The notes beneath the pieces were generated by a model. That model had not been told where the DNA came from and did no database searches. It saw only the letters and a program-made list of their open reading frames with translations. Positions 11,941 through 24,939 of a stretch of 64,000 nt of DNA are shown one piece after another. The translations under genes and the position numbers were made by a program. How positions within the stretch are numbered: the stretch's first letter is position 1; each line of letters opens with the position of its first letter. This DNA comes from Vicugna vicugna (Eukaryota), in the NCBI GenBank assembly GCA_013265495.1, contig MU057887.1, forward strand, positions 1,873,985 through 1,937,984, given 5' to 3'.

Positions 11941-13224
11941 TGTTTTCTCACAACATTATAATCATGGAGTTGACAAATGTTTTGATCTTTGCAACTATGG
12001 TAAGTTAAAAAAAACAGTCTCATTTTAGTTTTAATTTGCATTTCCTTGCTGTGAGTAAGGGTGAGCCTTCCTTCAGATGTTTAAGAGGCATGTGCTTTTC
12101 CCTGTCTGTGAATGTTTGCTCACGACTCGTCTGTTTTTTCATTTTGGCCATTGTCTACTTATTGATTTGTAGATGCTCTTTATATATTAAAATAACCATT
12201 TGCTTCTGTGATATGGAATGCACACATCTTCCTACGCTTTTACATATCTTTTGATTTTCTTTATATGATTTTTACAGCACATAATTGTAAAGTTTTCTGT
12301 AGCCAAAATTTGCAGGTTTTTTCTGTATGTGTGTATGTGCCTGCTTTAACATACTCAGAAGGGATGGCCATCCTGAGATTTAAGTAATTTTCTTATGTTT
12401 TCTTCTAATACTTTTATAGCCCTGGTTTTCAGGTGAAATATTTGATTCATCTGGAAATTATTTTTCTGTGAGATGTAAGGTAGGGATTCAACTTTTTTCC
12501 AGATGCCATTTGTTTTGTAATTCATCTTCTCTCTTAATTAGGTTTTCCACCTTCATTATGTAGTCAATCCTCACATGCGTTTGAGATTTTCTTTTCCTTA
12601 CTTTGATCTGCATATGAAGGCACCTGCACCACAATTTAAATGTTATTATAATTTTAATGTATTTAACTATCTGGTAAGTCTACTCACTTCTTCTTCTTTT
12701 TCATGAGAATGTTTGGACCAGTTTATCTAGTTCCTCAAAACACCCAGCTGATATTTTTCATGAGGATAATTGACATATTGGTGTCTAGCCTTCCCATCCA
12801 AAAACATAGTATATGTACACATGTGGTTAAGTCAGCTTTCATATTTAGTTCTATTTTAACATTTTCTTTTTTAATAGAGCTTGCACATTTCTTAGGCGTA
12901 TTTCTAGGTATTTTACTCTTCTTTTCATTATAGCTTCTAGTGAATTTTGTTGTAGTGCATAAAAGCTATTGACTTCTTTATACCAATTTTATGTCAACAT
13001 CTTTGGTGAATTCTGTCATCATTTGTAATAGTTTTTCAATCCATTTTCTTGGAACTTCCAGACATTTATCTTATCTGCAAACAATAATAATTTTATCTCA
13101 TCTCAATTTTTATGTATCTTATTTCTTTCTCCTGTTGTGCTGAGTATTTAAATCTCAGGATAAGATTCAGTAATAGTTGCAATCGTGGATGTCTTTTGTC
13201 TTGTCTTAACTTTAATGGGAGGAT

Positions 13225-13833
13225 TTTTTTAAGTTGAAGTACAGTTACAATATGTCCATTTCTGGTGTACAGCACAGTGTCCCAGTCATGCGTATACATA
13301 CATGTATTTGTTTTCATATTCTTTTTCATTAAAGGTTATTACAAGATATTGAATATAGTTCTGTGTGCTATACAGAAGAATTTTTTTTAATCTTTTTTAT
13401 ATATAGTGGTTAACCTTTGCAAATCTCAAACTCACAAGTTTATCCCTTCCCAGCCCCTTTCCCCCAGTAACCATAAGATTGTTTACTATGTCTACGAGTC
13501 TGTTTCTGTTTTGTAGATGAGTTCACTAGTGTCCTCTTTTTTTCTTTTTCTTTTTCTTTTTTTAAGATTCCACATATGAGCGATTTCATATGGTATTTTT
13601 CTTTCTGTTTCTGTCTTACTTCACTTAGAATGATAATCTCTAGGTCCATCCATATTGCTGCAAATGGTATTATTTTATTCTTTTTAAAGGCTGAGTAGTA
13701 TTCCATTGTATATATGTATACAACATCTTCTTTACCCAGTCATCCATTATTGGGCATTGCTTCCGTGTCTTGGCTGTTGTAAATAGTACTGCTATGAACA
13801 TTGGGGTGCATGTGTCTTTTTGAATTAGAGTAG
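13225..13833 (-). mobile_element. Younger lineage-specific L1, 5'-truncated (ORF2 C-terminus plus 3'UTR)
   Basis: Perfect 13-bp TSD ttaatgggaggat at 13212-13224 and 13834-13846. ORF-track peptides IQKDTCTPMFIAVLFTTAKT and MEYYSAFKKNKIIPFAAIWMDLEIIILSEV are the L1 ORF2 C-terminus. Confidence 0.95.
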
Positions 13834-15614
13834 TTAATGGGAGGATGTTTACAAGTATTTTCCTATTAAACATAATGCTGACCTCTGAGATGAGATAAAT
13901 ATATTTTATTACAGTAAGTATCAATCCAGTCATCTCTGAGAGGTTTTAAAAATAAAATATGGATATTGAGTTTTATCAGTGCTTTTCCAGCTTAGAGATG
14001 ATCATGTGGTTTGTTTTAGATCTGGTAATATGATGGTTTATATGAATACATTGACTTATATTGGTACATGCATTTATGAAGGGGGGTGGATTGTGTTTCC
14101 TTCTCTTTGCCGTTGAATTTCCTGAAGAGTTTTCTTCGTGGACGTTGATGCTCTGCTGTTCGGTGCATGGTTTCCGTAGACGCTGGGTCTCCGTCGTGGA
14201 CCGCGTCCTTTAGCATTATCATGGGCTCTGCTTTTCTCCCTTTAATGCTTTTTGTTGTGAATTCAATCTTACCCGATATTACTCTTTTTAAGATTGAGAC
14301 CTCTATTTTATTTTTCCTGCATGTTAATTTTTACCCCCTAACCTTTTTGAGTCACTTTGCTTTAAGTGTGTTTCTTGCACGTAGTATAGATATGGATTTT
14401 TTGTGACTTAATCTTAGGATCATTTTGTGTTCTTTTTATGAGTGAAAAGCACACCCTTTGAGACAAGCCATTGGTTATTACCAGCGGGTTCCTGGCAGCA
14501 ACCACCCATTGCTGCCCGGCAGGGGCAGTTCCCCAGGGGTGACCACACATGGAGTTTCCAAACAGTATCTTCTTAGTCATTTTCTTTTATTATGTGAGTT
14601 TAGCTAACATAAGTTTCAATATATAGATATAGTGGTAAGATAGTTCGACTTTAATTCTGTCATGATTTTAAAATTATGCTTTCTGTTCAAATCTTAATTA
14701 TTTTTTATTGTACAGTCTATGTCACCCTCTTTTGTTTTCTTGTCCCTGTTACTTTGGATAATTTAGTGTGTGTGTGTTTTGTTTCAGTGGCTACGTTTCT
14801 TTTTTATTGAGGTAAAATTCACATAAGATGAACTGGGCTGTTACCCGTTTTTAAGTGTGTAATTCAGTGATGGTTATGATTTTTAATTGTACATTTGCAG
14901 ACTATTCATAACTGTTCTCAGTGTGCTTTAGATCAGCAGTTCCTTTACACTTTTGAAAACCATCAAGGACCCCAAGAAGAAAAAAATTGCTTTTCTCTAT
15001 GTGGCCAATATCTACTGATACCATATTGGAAACAAAGACTGAGAAATTTTGAAAATGTGAATGATTTCACTTAAAAATCACAGCGATAAACCCATTATGT
15101 GGTAACGTAAATAACATTTTACTGAAATATAACTGTATTTCTGAAACACAGAAAAGTTAGTAAGAAGAATGGCATTATTTTACATGTTTTTGCAAATCTC
15201 TTTAGTGTTTGACTTAAGAAGACAGATGGATTCTCATATCTGCTTCTGCATTCAATCTGTTGTAATATATTGTTTGTTTTGAATTTTGAGGAAAGCCTGG
15301 CTTAGCACAGATATGTAATTGGAAAAGGGAGGAGTACTTTAACAGTGTTTTCAGATAAGTGTGGCTGTTCTTCTCCGACAAGTGGTGGTTTTTTAAAGGT
15401 CGGTTGCACTGTGGAATCTGAAACGGTATCAGTGACCTTTTTGTACTCTGTTACATTAAACTCAATTTGTCTATTCTGCATTTTGACTGGATCATTTAAC
15501 CCTTTATGACTTTGTAATGTCATGTATTGGTCATTTGGAAAATGATCTGGTTTTGCAGATACTCCAAATGTTGATGTGTTACATTATACATTATCCACAA
15601 AATCACATGTGTTA

Positions 15615-17314
15615 GCCATACCCAAGGAGGAGAAGCCTTGTGCTCCGACAAACTGCAGAATGTTGCTGAAAGAAATGAAAGAAGATATGTTTATAAACAG
15701 AAAGAGAGCCACATCCACGGACTGGAAGACTACATTGTCAGGATGTCAGTGCTACCTAAAACAAGCTACAGATCTAACACAACCCCTATCAAAATCCTAG
15801 TGACATTTTTTTGCAGACATGGAAAAACACCTTAAGATTCACATGGAATCTAAATCCAAATAGCCAAAAATAATTTTGAAAAAAAGTTGAAGGACTCACA
15901 CTTCCTGATTGCAAAATATATTACAAAGCTATGGTAATTGAAGCAGTGTGGTACTGGCATAGAAGCAGACAAACAGATCATGTAAGAGAACAGAGAACCC
16001 AGAAATGAGCCCTTATGTATTTGATCAAGTGACCTTCAACAAGGATGGCAAGACCACTTGGTGGGGAAAAGAAAGTCTCTTCAACAAGTGATGTTGAGAA
16101 AATGGAATGTCCACATGCAAAAGAATGAGATAGACCCTTATCTTGCAGCATATACAGAAATTAACTCAAAAAGGATTAAAGACAGACATAAGACCTAAAA
16201 CTACAAAATTCCTGGAAGAAAACAGAGGGGACAAGCTTTGTGACATTGAACTTGGCAGTGGTTTCTTGGATATGACATCAAAAGCACAGGCAACAAAAGC
16301 AAAACTAGACAAATGGGACCACATCCAACATAAAAACGTTTGTACGTCAAAGGCCATGACAAAGTAAAGAGCAGCCTCTGGAATGAGAGAAGATATTTGT
16401 GAATCGTGTATCTGATAAGGGGTTAATATCTGCAGTATATGGACAGCTCCGACAACTCAACTACAACAACAACAACAAAATGAAATAATCCAGTTTTCAA
16501 AATGGGCAAAGGACATTTTTATTCTACAGAGATGATATACAAATACCAACAAGCATATGAAGATTTGCAGTATCACTAATATTCAGAAAAAAGCAAAGCC
16601 GAGCCGCAGTGAGATGCCGGCTAACACCCACTAGGATGGCAGCAGAAAGAGGCAGCAGAAAGAGGCACTGGTGAGCGTGTAGCGGGGTTAGAACACCTGT
16701 GTACTGTTGGTGGGCTTGTAAAATGGTGCAGTCGCCACGGGAAGCAGGATGGAAGCCCCTCAAAAAATTAAAAATAGAACTATCATGTGATCCAGCAATC
16801 CCACTTTGAGGCATGTACCCAAAATAATCGAAAGCAGGGTCTCAAAGAGACATTTGCTCACCCGTGTTCATAGCAGCGCTATTCACAGGGCCCAAGAGGC
16901 GGAAGCAACCTAGATTTCCTCTGATGGGTGAATGGCTAAGCAAAATGTGGTCGACACAGGCAGTGGGTAAAAAGGAAGGAGGTTCTGTCACACGCCACAA
17001 CAGGGGTGAACCTTGAGGACATCACGCTAAGTGAAAGAAGCCAGTCACACCAAGACTAACACTGTATGGTTGTGCTGATACAAGGTATGTAAGTAGTCAG
17101 AGTCACAGGACGAAACAGAGTGGTTGTGACCTGGGGCTGGGGGAGGGCCAGGGGGAGACGTTATTTAAGGGACACAGACGTTTCAGATTTGCAGAATGGG
17201 GAAGTCCACGAGGTCGATTTCACAATAATAGCAATGTACTTACTGCCACTGAACTGCACACTGAAAATTGGTTAAGACGGTAAACTTTATGTTATGTGTT
17301 TTATTTATGTCAAA
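15615..17314 (+). mobile_element. L1 (L1MA/MB-type) ORF2 3' part and 3'UTR inserted in Charlie1
   Basis: Decayed ORF2 peptides (IVRMSVLPKTSYRSNTTPIKI; FLDMTSKAQATKAKLDKWD); diverged TSD aaaatcacatgtgtta (15599-15614) and aaaatcagctttgtta (17315-17330). Confidence 0.9.
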
Positions 17315-17912
17315 AAAATCAGCTTTGTTAATATCACCACTGATCTCACTGGAAAACGCTTTAAGTATTGAGAGGCAATCAATTTGCAGTGATGGTCACA
17401 CCTTTTCTAAAATTCTAATTTTCACACAAAACTCAAGTTGTATTATTGGCAATGACTCTCAGTTGTTTTCTTTGAATGACAGGCTGGCTTCGTTCATTTT
17501 TGAACAAAAGAAATATCTGCCCACGACCCATATCTGGATAAACATATTTTGTCTGTTGCTCTTTTTAGTAAAAATTGCATGAAATGGGAGTGAGTTCAGC
17601 TCAGAACTCAAACATCTGTGCCGAGCTTTCCCTAAAGATGACTGCCGTCCCCAGTGCAAGGCGGAGGTGCTTTCTGAGTGCTTCCCATTTTGTCCCCAAC
17701 TGTCCCTGTCCACGCTGCTGGGACCAAACGCCCCAGACAGAGTGGCTTGTAAACAACAGAAATTTATTTCCCGCCATCTGGAGGCTGAAAGTTTGAGATC
17801 AGGGCACCCGCTGGGCTGTGCTCTTTGGTGAGGGCTCTCTTCCTGGTTTATGGCGGCGTCTTCTCCCTGTGTCCTCGTGTGGTGGAGGGGGCGAGGGAGC
17901 TCTGGGAGGTCT

Positions 17913-18587
17913 TGTTACTGAGACTCAGGCCTGGCTGCTCGCTGCTTGAAATACTCAAGAGGCACAAGTTGGTAGAAAGGAAAGTTTGCTGGAGCCCAGC
18001 AACCCGGGGGCTGTGGAGGAGGAGGTGGACTCATGTCCAGAGGCCAACCCCCACCAACTGTCAGTGGGCGGGAGCTTTTAAAGGGGAGTCTCAGGGGCGC
18101 ACAGGCGGACAGAAGGGCCACATGCAGAACAGCACGGTCAGCCCTGACACCCGTCTCAGTCAGTGATGGTCTGAGCAGCATCGTCTTGATTGCTTTACGT
18201 GCAGTTAGTCTTCAGCTCCAGGCTCGGTTTGCTCCCATTTCCTTGAGGCCAGTTCTTGGAATTGGGGCCGCTTCCGTCATGGCTGCAGCCTGGTCATCCT
18301 GTAGGTAACTTCCTCCACCTGGAGGGGTTCCTGCAAAGCAGCTCAAAGGACGGGGCTCAGAATATGATCTCTAGCCCTGGGGGAGGAGCTAGAGGCCCTT
18401 GACTTTGTTTAATGACCGAACTAATATTATTTTGTCTTTCTTGACTGTTTTCCTGTCTTTCTGCACTTTCTCAGTGCTCTGATTAAATTTATTCTTTGGC
18501 TAAAGTTTCTCTGCAGACAAGAGGCAGGTGGAGCACATGGGGAGTGATCTGTCCTGAGAAGGCTCCATAGGGTTCTGCTCTGTTTCA
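17913..18587 (-). mobile_element. ERV1-class solo LTR inserted in the MLT1A-like LTR
   Basis: tgttactgag...ctctgtttca termini with perfect 4-bp TSD gtct (17909-17912, 18588-18591). Confidence 0.85.
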
Positions 18588-18599
18588 GTCTCTTTAAAA

Positions 18600-18730
18600 A
18601 AACTTTTTAAACTTTTTTTGTAATTGCTTCTAAGTGGGGAAAATTAGGTATTATTTATTAAATTGATTGATTGAACCCGGGACCTCATACATGCTGACCA
18701 CATACCCTACCACTGAGCTCTACCCGCCCC
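18600..18730 (-). mobile_element. tRNA-derived SINE (Vic-1-like)
   Basis: Reverse complement ggggcgggtagagctcagtggtagggtatgtggtcagcatgtatgaggtcccgggttcaatc with A and B boxes and AT-rich tail. Confidence 0.85.
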
Positions 18731-21699
18731 TGTGGCTTTAGTCTCTTATAAGAACACTAATCCCATCCCTGGGGGCTCCGCCCTTGTGACCTAATCACCC
18801 CTTGAAGACCCACTTCCTGACACTGTCACCTTTAGGGTTAGGGTTTCACCACCCGCATATTGGGGAAACACAACCATTCAGACCGTAGCACAGAGAAAGT
18901 TAAAAAGACCTTGTACCTTCAAGCATCGGAACTGAATAAAATTAATAACTTTTGCTGCTCTTCAAGGACACATTTCCCCCCTGCAAGCACGTGGTGGTGA
19001 AGAATCCCATAGCTGCTGGGACGGCGGGTGTCACCGCCTCGACTGTGCCGAGGGCCGTGCCAGCTTCGCCTGCCACTGGTTTGCACCATCCGTGCAAATG
19101 TCAACACACTCATCCCAGAGTAAACAATGGGCTTCACAAAGTCCTTCTGCCATCTGAGTACTTCCTCCCTCTTGTGTTCGTTGTCAAGAAGGCCCTGGAG
19201 AGAAGTTCTTAGGCCACAAGCTGGAGCTGATGTGGGAGCGGTGCGAGCAGACAGCACGTCTGTGGATTCTCCCGCACGTAGGCCAGAGTGCGCCCTGCCC
19301 GCACACCGCTGGCTCGATCTTCACGTTTGCAGTGAAGTATTTCTACGAGGAGTGACCACAGTGCTGGGCAGGGACAGTGCTGACTTTCTGCCCAGCGCCG
19401 TCTCCTGGTGACGCACGTGCGTGTCTCCGGCCAGTGACGGGGTAACTCCGGAAGAGGCCTCGGTGGCTTTTTCATTTTACTCTGAGAAACTGTAGAGAAC
19501 GATTTTTGGCTTTTAAATCTCTCATCACACTGATGTTTAAAATAGTCCACCCCTTTTTCTTTAAACTCTGAACGGCTGGTCTCAAAATGCTGCGGCAACT
19601 TCACTGACACCATAATACCAGGTGAGGATGTTCTGTAGTGTAAGACACAGTGCACACGAACATTTGTAAAGCCAAGGAAATACCTTTCACTGTATTTTTG
19701 TTTCTTGCTTCCACTTCCACCCAGTTTCCTTTCATTCATCATTTTCAGCATTTTTCGACATGGATGGCACAGATGGGGGCTGAGAAAGTGAACCTCTTCA
19801 TCTTATGAAGCCAACAATCCTTCGTTAAATATAAGAAAAATATATCCCAAGTAAGTTTTAATTTTCAAATAGAATATTATTAAATTTGAAGAGAAGCCAA
19901 TTTTGATAAAATTTTTAACATTTGGAAAAATTTCCCCCAAATTAAAATACTTTTGCCAAATAAGACAATGAAGAGAAATAGGTTGGAGTTAAGCAAAAAG
20001 GAAAATCCTTCTCAGAATGGATGAGCGTTGTCTAACAATAGGCTACTGTCTTGGAGTAGTGAGTTCCCCGTCATTGGAGGTAATCAAGCAGTGACTGGAC
20101 AGCAGTAGTCTGGAAGACTGTGGAAGAGGCTCATCGTCCAGTGGGAGCTTGGGCTTAACGGCTTTGAAGGTTCCAAGCCCTGGAGTTTGTCCTCTGTCAC
20201 CCACTGCTCCTCCCAAGGTCTCCAGTGGCCCCTCATCTCCAAACCAGTCTTCCCCAGAGCTCTGTCACATCTCAGCCTTTCAGCCGTTCTGGAAGACCTG
20301 GATCATTTTTAGACTCTGCCCCTGGCTTGGGAGACACCAAATGCCCTGGGTCCCCCTTCCTCCCCAGCACCGAGCTTTGTCACCTCCACCCAACCCACCC
20401 CCCAGGGTGTGGGCTGTGGCCTCCTCCTTCCTACACTCCTGGGAGACCTCTGCTTCCCTCTGACTGGAGCTTTCTGGGGGGCTGTCGGGAAACGCAAGGT
20501 CAGCCTCCATCTTCACGGATTCTCCACATCCCTCCAGGCGGCGGGGCTGTCCAACCTCAGCGCCCCCACCCAGCAGCGGTGCCTCCCGGAGCCTCGTTCA
20601 CGTCCCAGGTCATCAGCTCTCTCGGCAGCTTAGAAGGTGACGCCCCGTCGTCTTTGCAGCACCAAGGAACCAAGGTTCCAGGGCTCCGGGACTTGGCTCC
20701 TGACTCTCCAGCAGGCAAGGGGCAAAGCTGGGGCTTCACCTCGGGTGGCTTCCCTTGGAGGCCTGTGCTTGGCGCCTCCCTGCGTCTACTGAGAAGGATG
20801 TCAGGATCCGCAGAGGCTGGGGAGGAGGGGAGAGAATGTTCCAGGGGGAGGAGACGCCGCAGGCGATGCAAGTAGGGTGAAGCACTCCCGGGAGGGGTGA
20901 GGCCCTTGGGCTGCTGGGGCGGATCAGACCAGGTGACCCCAGCCTTGTGGCAGGTGGCAGAGGGGGCAAAGGGACCCCCAGGGATGAGCCTGGGGCATCA
21001 GAAAGAGGGTGACCTGGGAGTCACACCTCTGGGGCGGAAACTGCACGCTGCTAGTCGCTGCTGCAGACGTGGGGCGAGTTCCATCTCTCCTGTGCCCCAC
21101 CTGTGATGGGGGGCTCGGTCCCCACCCAGAGGGCTGCCGGCGGGGGTGAGAGGCATGGCATGTGTGAGGGAGTCAGCCCACAGCTCGGGAGGGGCAAGCT
21201 CGGAGCAGAGGGCCACCCCTCAGCCCCTGGCCTTGGAATGCTCTTTTCTCAGGTCATGCTTTACAGGATCTGAGCCTCCTGACCCCAGATGACAGCCAGC
21301 ATGGGACTTCTCTTGCTTTAGCAACAAGAAAAATAGCCTTCCACTCCTCAGCGTGCATTTCATTCAAAACGCATGGTTGCTGTAGCAAAGGTCAGCGACC
21401 CAGAACGTGGGCACACGTGCTGGCCGTCAGCCTCTCCCAGGACATGGTGACGGCTCTGCCGCCGACAGACCCATGGGGGCTGCTTGGAGCCAGGCCGGAG
21501 CAGAGCCAGGACAGAGCCGACCCAGGAGGCGCCACAGGCAGCCACGTGGAGAGGCCGGATGAGGACATGGGTCTGAGGCGTGGGGCTTCAGAACCCCTCC
21601 TCCCAGCTGCCTCCCGGGACTGCGCCCCAGCAGTGAGTCTCCCCTGATGCTCCCACTGGCCCTGGCAGAGGGGGGCCCTGAAAAGAGAGTGCATTCAAT

Positions 21700-22050
21700 A
21701 CTTTTTTCTTAAAGAGGAGTCAAAAGATAAAGGTTCCTTCCTTCTTTGACCTCAGAAACTTGGAGACTAAAGAATGCTTCTAACAACGTAAAGGCGAGCT
21801 TACAGAATTAGAAACAGGACTCACGCTTCCAAATCACTGATTAAGAATGAAAGCCCAAAATGACCATATCCATATACACACTCTTTTTTTTAGAAATGAA
21901 AGAACATGATAAATAAGCACAAAATCCTAAAAGCATAAAACAGAAAAAGATACAGCAGATAAAACACATCCATTCAGGTCATAGATAAATAGAAAAGCTA
22001 ATGTCCTTGCTAAAGAAAAAGATGTTCTCAGATTGAATTTAAAAATATTC
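21700..22050 (+). mobile_element. Ancient L1 fragment (A-rich)
   Basis: A-rich tract with ttctcagattgaatttaaaaat resembling the start of L1 ORF2. Confidence 0.45.
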
Positions 22051-22054
22051 ACCT

Positions 22055-22378
22055 ACACATCCACCCACCCACCAGTCATACACTGATGCAGCCATCCACC
22101 CGTCCATCAATCCACCTACCATCCATCCATCCACCCACCCATCAACCCATCCATGAATCCTGAAGTGGATCCTGAAGCAGCCCTGTGACCCAGCCCCAGC
22201 CCCAGTCAGAGGCAGCCCTCATTGCTCAGGGACCTGGCAGAAGACATGCTTGTCCTGCTTCTGGTAACATGAATCTATTCATCCATCCATCCATCCACCA
22301 TCCATTCATCCATCCGTCAACCATCCATTCATCCATCTATCCAGCCACCATGCATCCATTCAATCATTCATTCATTAA
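22055..22378 (+). repeat. Two degenerate (CCAT)n/(CATT)n microsatellite tracts
   Basis: catccatccatccacc repeats at about 22055-22155 and 22275-22378. Confidence 0.9.
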
Positions 22379-22950
22379 ACACGTCCTGAGCGTCCCTCTG
22401 TGCTAGGCCCCGGGATTCAGAGGGTTCTTCTGTGGTTCTCACCCTTGCATCTTTCAGAGCATACTTGGTGAAGAGCAATCTGTAAACAGACGTGTTGACG
22501 GGATGTAGTCAGTGTCGTGGGGGTCCGATGGACGGTATGTCTGCTGGGCAACCAGGAGAGCGTCTTAGAGGAGGTGAATTGCGTAAGTTGGGCCTTAAGA
22601 GATGATTGAGTGCTGGTCTGGAGCAAAGGGGGTGGGGAAGGGGCCCCCCGGTCAGAGGGAACTGAATGCATACATATCATTGGCATGGGGTGGGGAAGGC
22701 CCCTGAAGGTGGGGGCAGGAACACAAGGCTGAAGAGGCTGGGGCCCTGGGGTCACTGACTTCAGGCTGAGCAGCTTGGGCGTCGTCTTGTGGGCAGTGGA
22801 AAGCTCTGAAGTCTTTGGACACGGAGCGACTGCATCACATTTGCCGTTTATAACTCTCTCTGGGACAGCGGCAGTGCAGAGCGCAGTCCAGGTGAGAGAC
22901 GTGGGCCTGGGTCCTGGCAAGGCCGTGAGGGGCTCAAATCCTCAGCGTGC
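22360..22950 (-). mobile_element. L2 LINE 3' region
   Basis: cattcattcattaaacacgtcctgagcgtccctctgtgctaggcc followed by gaggaggtgaattgcgtaagttgggccttaaga; typical antisense L2. Confidence 0.7.
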
Positions 22951-23454
22951 TGGGAAGACATGTCTGGCAAAGCCTGTGAACACATGGGTCAGGTGGTTGC
23001 CATGGAAACATCAGATGTTTCCCTTCCTATGTGAGCAGAGTGGGCACGGAGCAGACCAACCATTACCTTGGGTTTTATAGGCACGGGGGTGGGGCTGGGC
23101 TGCCCTAAATGAACACTGCCAGTGCGATGTGTGTCACCACTCTCCTTTGAGTGACACTTTGCCCAGAGAAGGCCACTGTGTCAGGGATGAACAGAGACGG
23201 AGCAGCCCCTTTATACCCTGAGGGCGGGATGGGAAGGCACTGAGTTCATTAAGGCTGTTTAGGTCAATTACACCAACGAGACAAGTGACCTCATGTAAGT
23301 CTGAGATGCAGCAGTCACTTGACAGCAGAAATGTGTGGCAGATGTTGAGAGCTAAGGAATCTCTTGTTCCAGTGCAGGAGGGTCCCTTTCAGAGCACCTA
23401 GTGCAGCCTCATCTGATGGGTGAAAAAATAGTGACAACCACAAGTAATGATAAA

Positions 23455-23625
23455 CATTATGGAGGTGATGAGGATGGTGGCGATGGTAGTGGTGATGATG
23501 ATTGTGATGGTGGTGGTGATGGTGATGGCAGTGATGGTGATGATGAGGATGGTGGCGATGATGGTGAGGACAGTGATGGTGATGGTGATGATGGTGGTGA
23601 CAGCGATGGTATGATTATGATGACT
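23455..23625 (+). repeat. (GAT/GGT)n low-complexity trinucleotide repeat, followed by MIR (23625-23790)
   Basis: ggtgatgaggatggtggcgatggtagtggtgatgatg... Confidence 0.9.
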
Positions 23626-24939
23626 ATTAACATATATACTGTTCCTACTGTTTGCTGGTCACTATTGTAAGCACTTTACTTAAATAGCTAATTTAATCCT
23701 TACAAAAGCCCTATGGGGAGGCATTATCATCCCTGCTTTACACGTGGGGACCCCGAGGCACAGGGAGGCTCATGTGTCTTGCCCCATTTTACACAGCACA
23801 CCAACCAGCATTCTCATTATCCAGCAGTTTATGCCAAGGGCAGAAAACATTCTGGAGAAAATCCTTAGCCAGCAGGCAAGGATGAGAACTGGGGTTATTG
23901 TAAGTGACTGGTGATTCTGCAGGGAGCATTTGCCCTTGACCTGCGCCTGGGCTGGGTATCCAGGCATTGCACGGAAGGAGGGAGGGAGGGAGAGGTGGTG
24001 AGGATGGCGAAGGCTTTGAGAGATCTGCTCCAAGCCACATGTGCTCTGAGTCGTTCTAGGGGAAGAGAGAGAGCTTTGGGCTCAGTAGGGAGGGAAGCTC
24101 TATCCCCACAGATGTGGGGTGAATGATGTGGGGATACAGTGAGCTTCCCCTTCAGCAGGGTGCAAAGCCGTCTATGAACATGGTCTGAGGGCTTGGGCCT
24201 GGTGACTTTCGCAGCCCCTTTCAGCTCTGGGACCCTATTGTCCCCATTTCACAGATGGGGAAACTGAGCCTCCATGGGGTGACTCGTCCACGGATGCCAT
24301 ACCCAAGGCTCCTTCCTTTTAGCCACTGCTCGGAGTTGGCAGGTGGGAACACTTTCTCCTCACCTCCTCATGTTTCCATGTGGAGGGACATCCCTTTGTG
24401 TAACACTCTTGGACCCAGGTGTGGAAGGGAGGGGTTCTGCTAAACCAACCCTCTGGGTCCTAGTGTCCTGCTCAGCCTGACTTGGCCTCTCCCAGGATCT
24501 CAGGGACCGAGTGGCTCATCAGGGAGGGCATCCAGGCGGGTCATGAGGAGAGATGCCACGGGGCCTTGGGTAGACCAGTTACCTGCCCTGAGTGTGGGCT
24601 CTTCACCTGTAAAGTGGGGCTGTTGTGAGGATGAGGCGTACGTTGTTGGAGCTCACGGGTGTTCCTTGAATGAATAAATGACAGCTTGGAGATGCGTCCG
24701 TACTGCAGAGCCCTGGCCGGGCAATTTCCCCCCAGGGACTTTCTGATCCCCGAGGCCCGCCCCCCAGGGCATCCCAGGCTGAGGGGCTAGAGGGTCCCTC
24801 CGCGCTCCCTCCTCAAAGTGTCTGAGCACCCTGGCTCCTCCCTGGGACCAGGCACCCGTGTGAGGGCCTCTGCTCGCCCCTGCTGTCTCTGTCCATCACT
24901 TTCGGCTGTGGTCGTCCGTGCTTCACATTTCCTGGCTCC

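Larger units (their letters stand above)
11480..14440 (-). mobile_element. Old L1 (L1M-type) ORF2/3' remnant with inserted MIR and younger L1
   Basis: Long T-rich tract with antisense L1 ORF2 motifs (aatttacatttccatcagcaat; ttaatttgcatttccttgctg; gagatgtaaggtagggattcaactt). Confidence 0.75.
17701..18890 (-). mobile_element. MLT1A-like MaLR solo LTR inserted in Charlie1 (itself interrupted)
   Basis: gtggcttgtaaacaacagaaatttatttc..tggaggctgaaagtttgagatcagg at left and cactaatcccatc..gacctaatcacc..accattcagaccgtagca at right. Confidence 0.85.
14934..19800 (-). mobile_element. Fossil autonomous hAT-Charlie (Charlie1-like) DNA transposon, in three pieces: about 14934-15614, 17315-17700 and 18891-19800
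   Basis: Minus-strand transposase remnants in the expected order: BED finger (KKQKYSERYFLGFT..HCVL..KLPQHFETSRSEFKEK, ORF 19209-19751), CVDICTDGA (about 19085-19110), DKMGSTQKA..FEF*AEL (about 17590-17695), C-terminal SDSTVQPTFKK..VLLPFPITYLC (15302-15523). Terminus cagcagttc at 14934. Confidence 0.9.

Noticed and set aside
13440..13933. ORFs with real protein-like sequence
   Set aside because: Fragments of L1 ORF2 in a 5'-truncated insertion, not host genes.
14934..19800. Domesticated ZBED-family gene
   Set aside because: Multiple frameshifts and stops plus two large insertions; it is a neutral transposon fossil.
23401..23670. Asp/Gly-rich 89-aa ORF
   Set aside because: Translation of a (GAT/GGT)n simple repeat.
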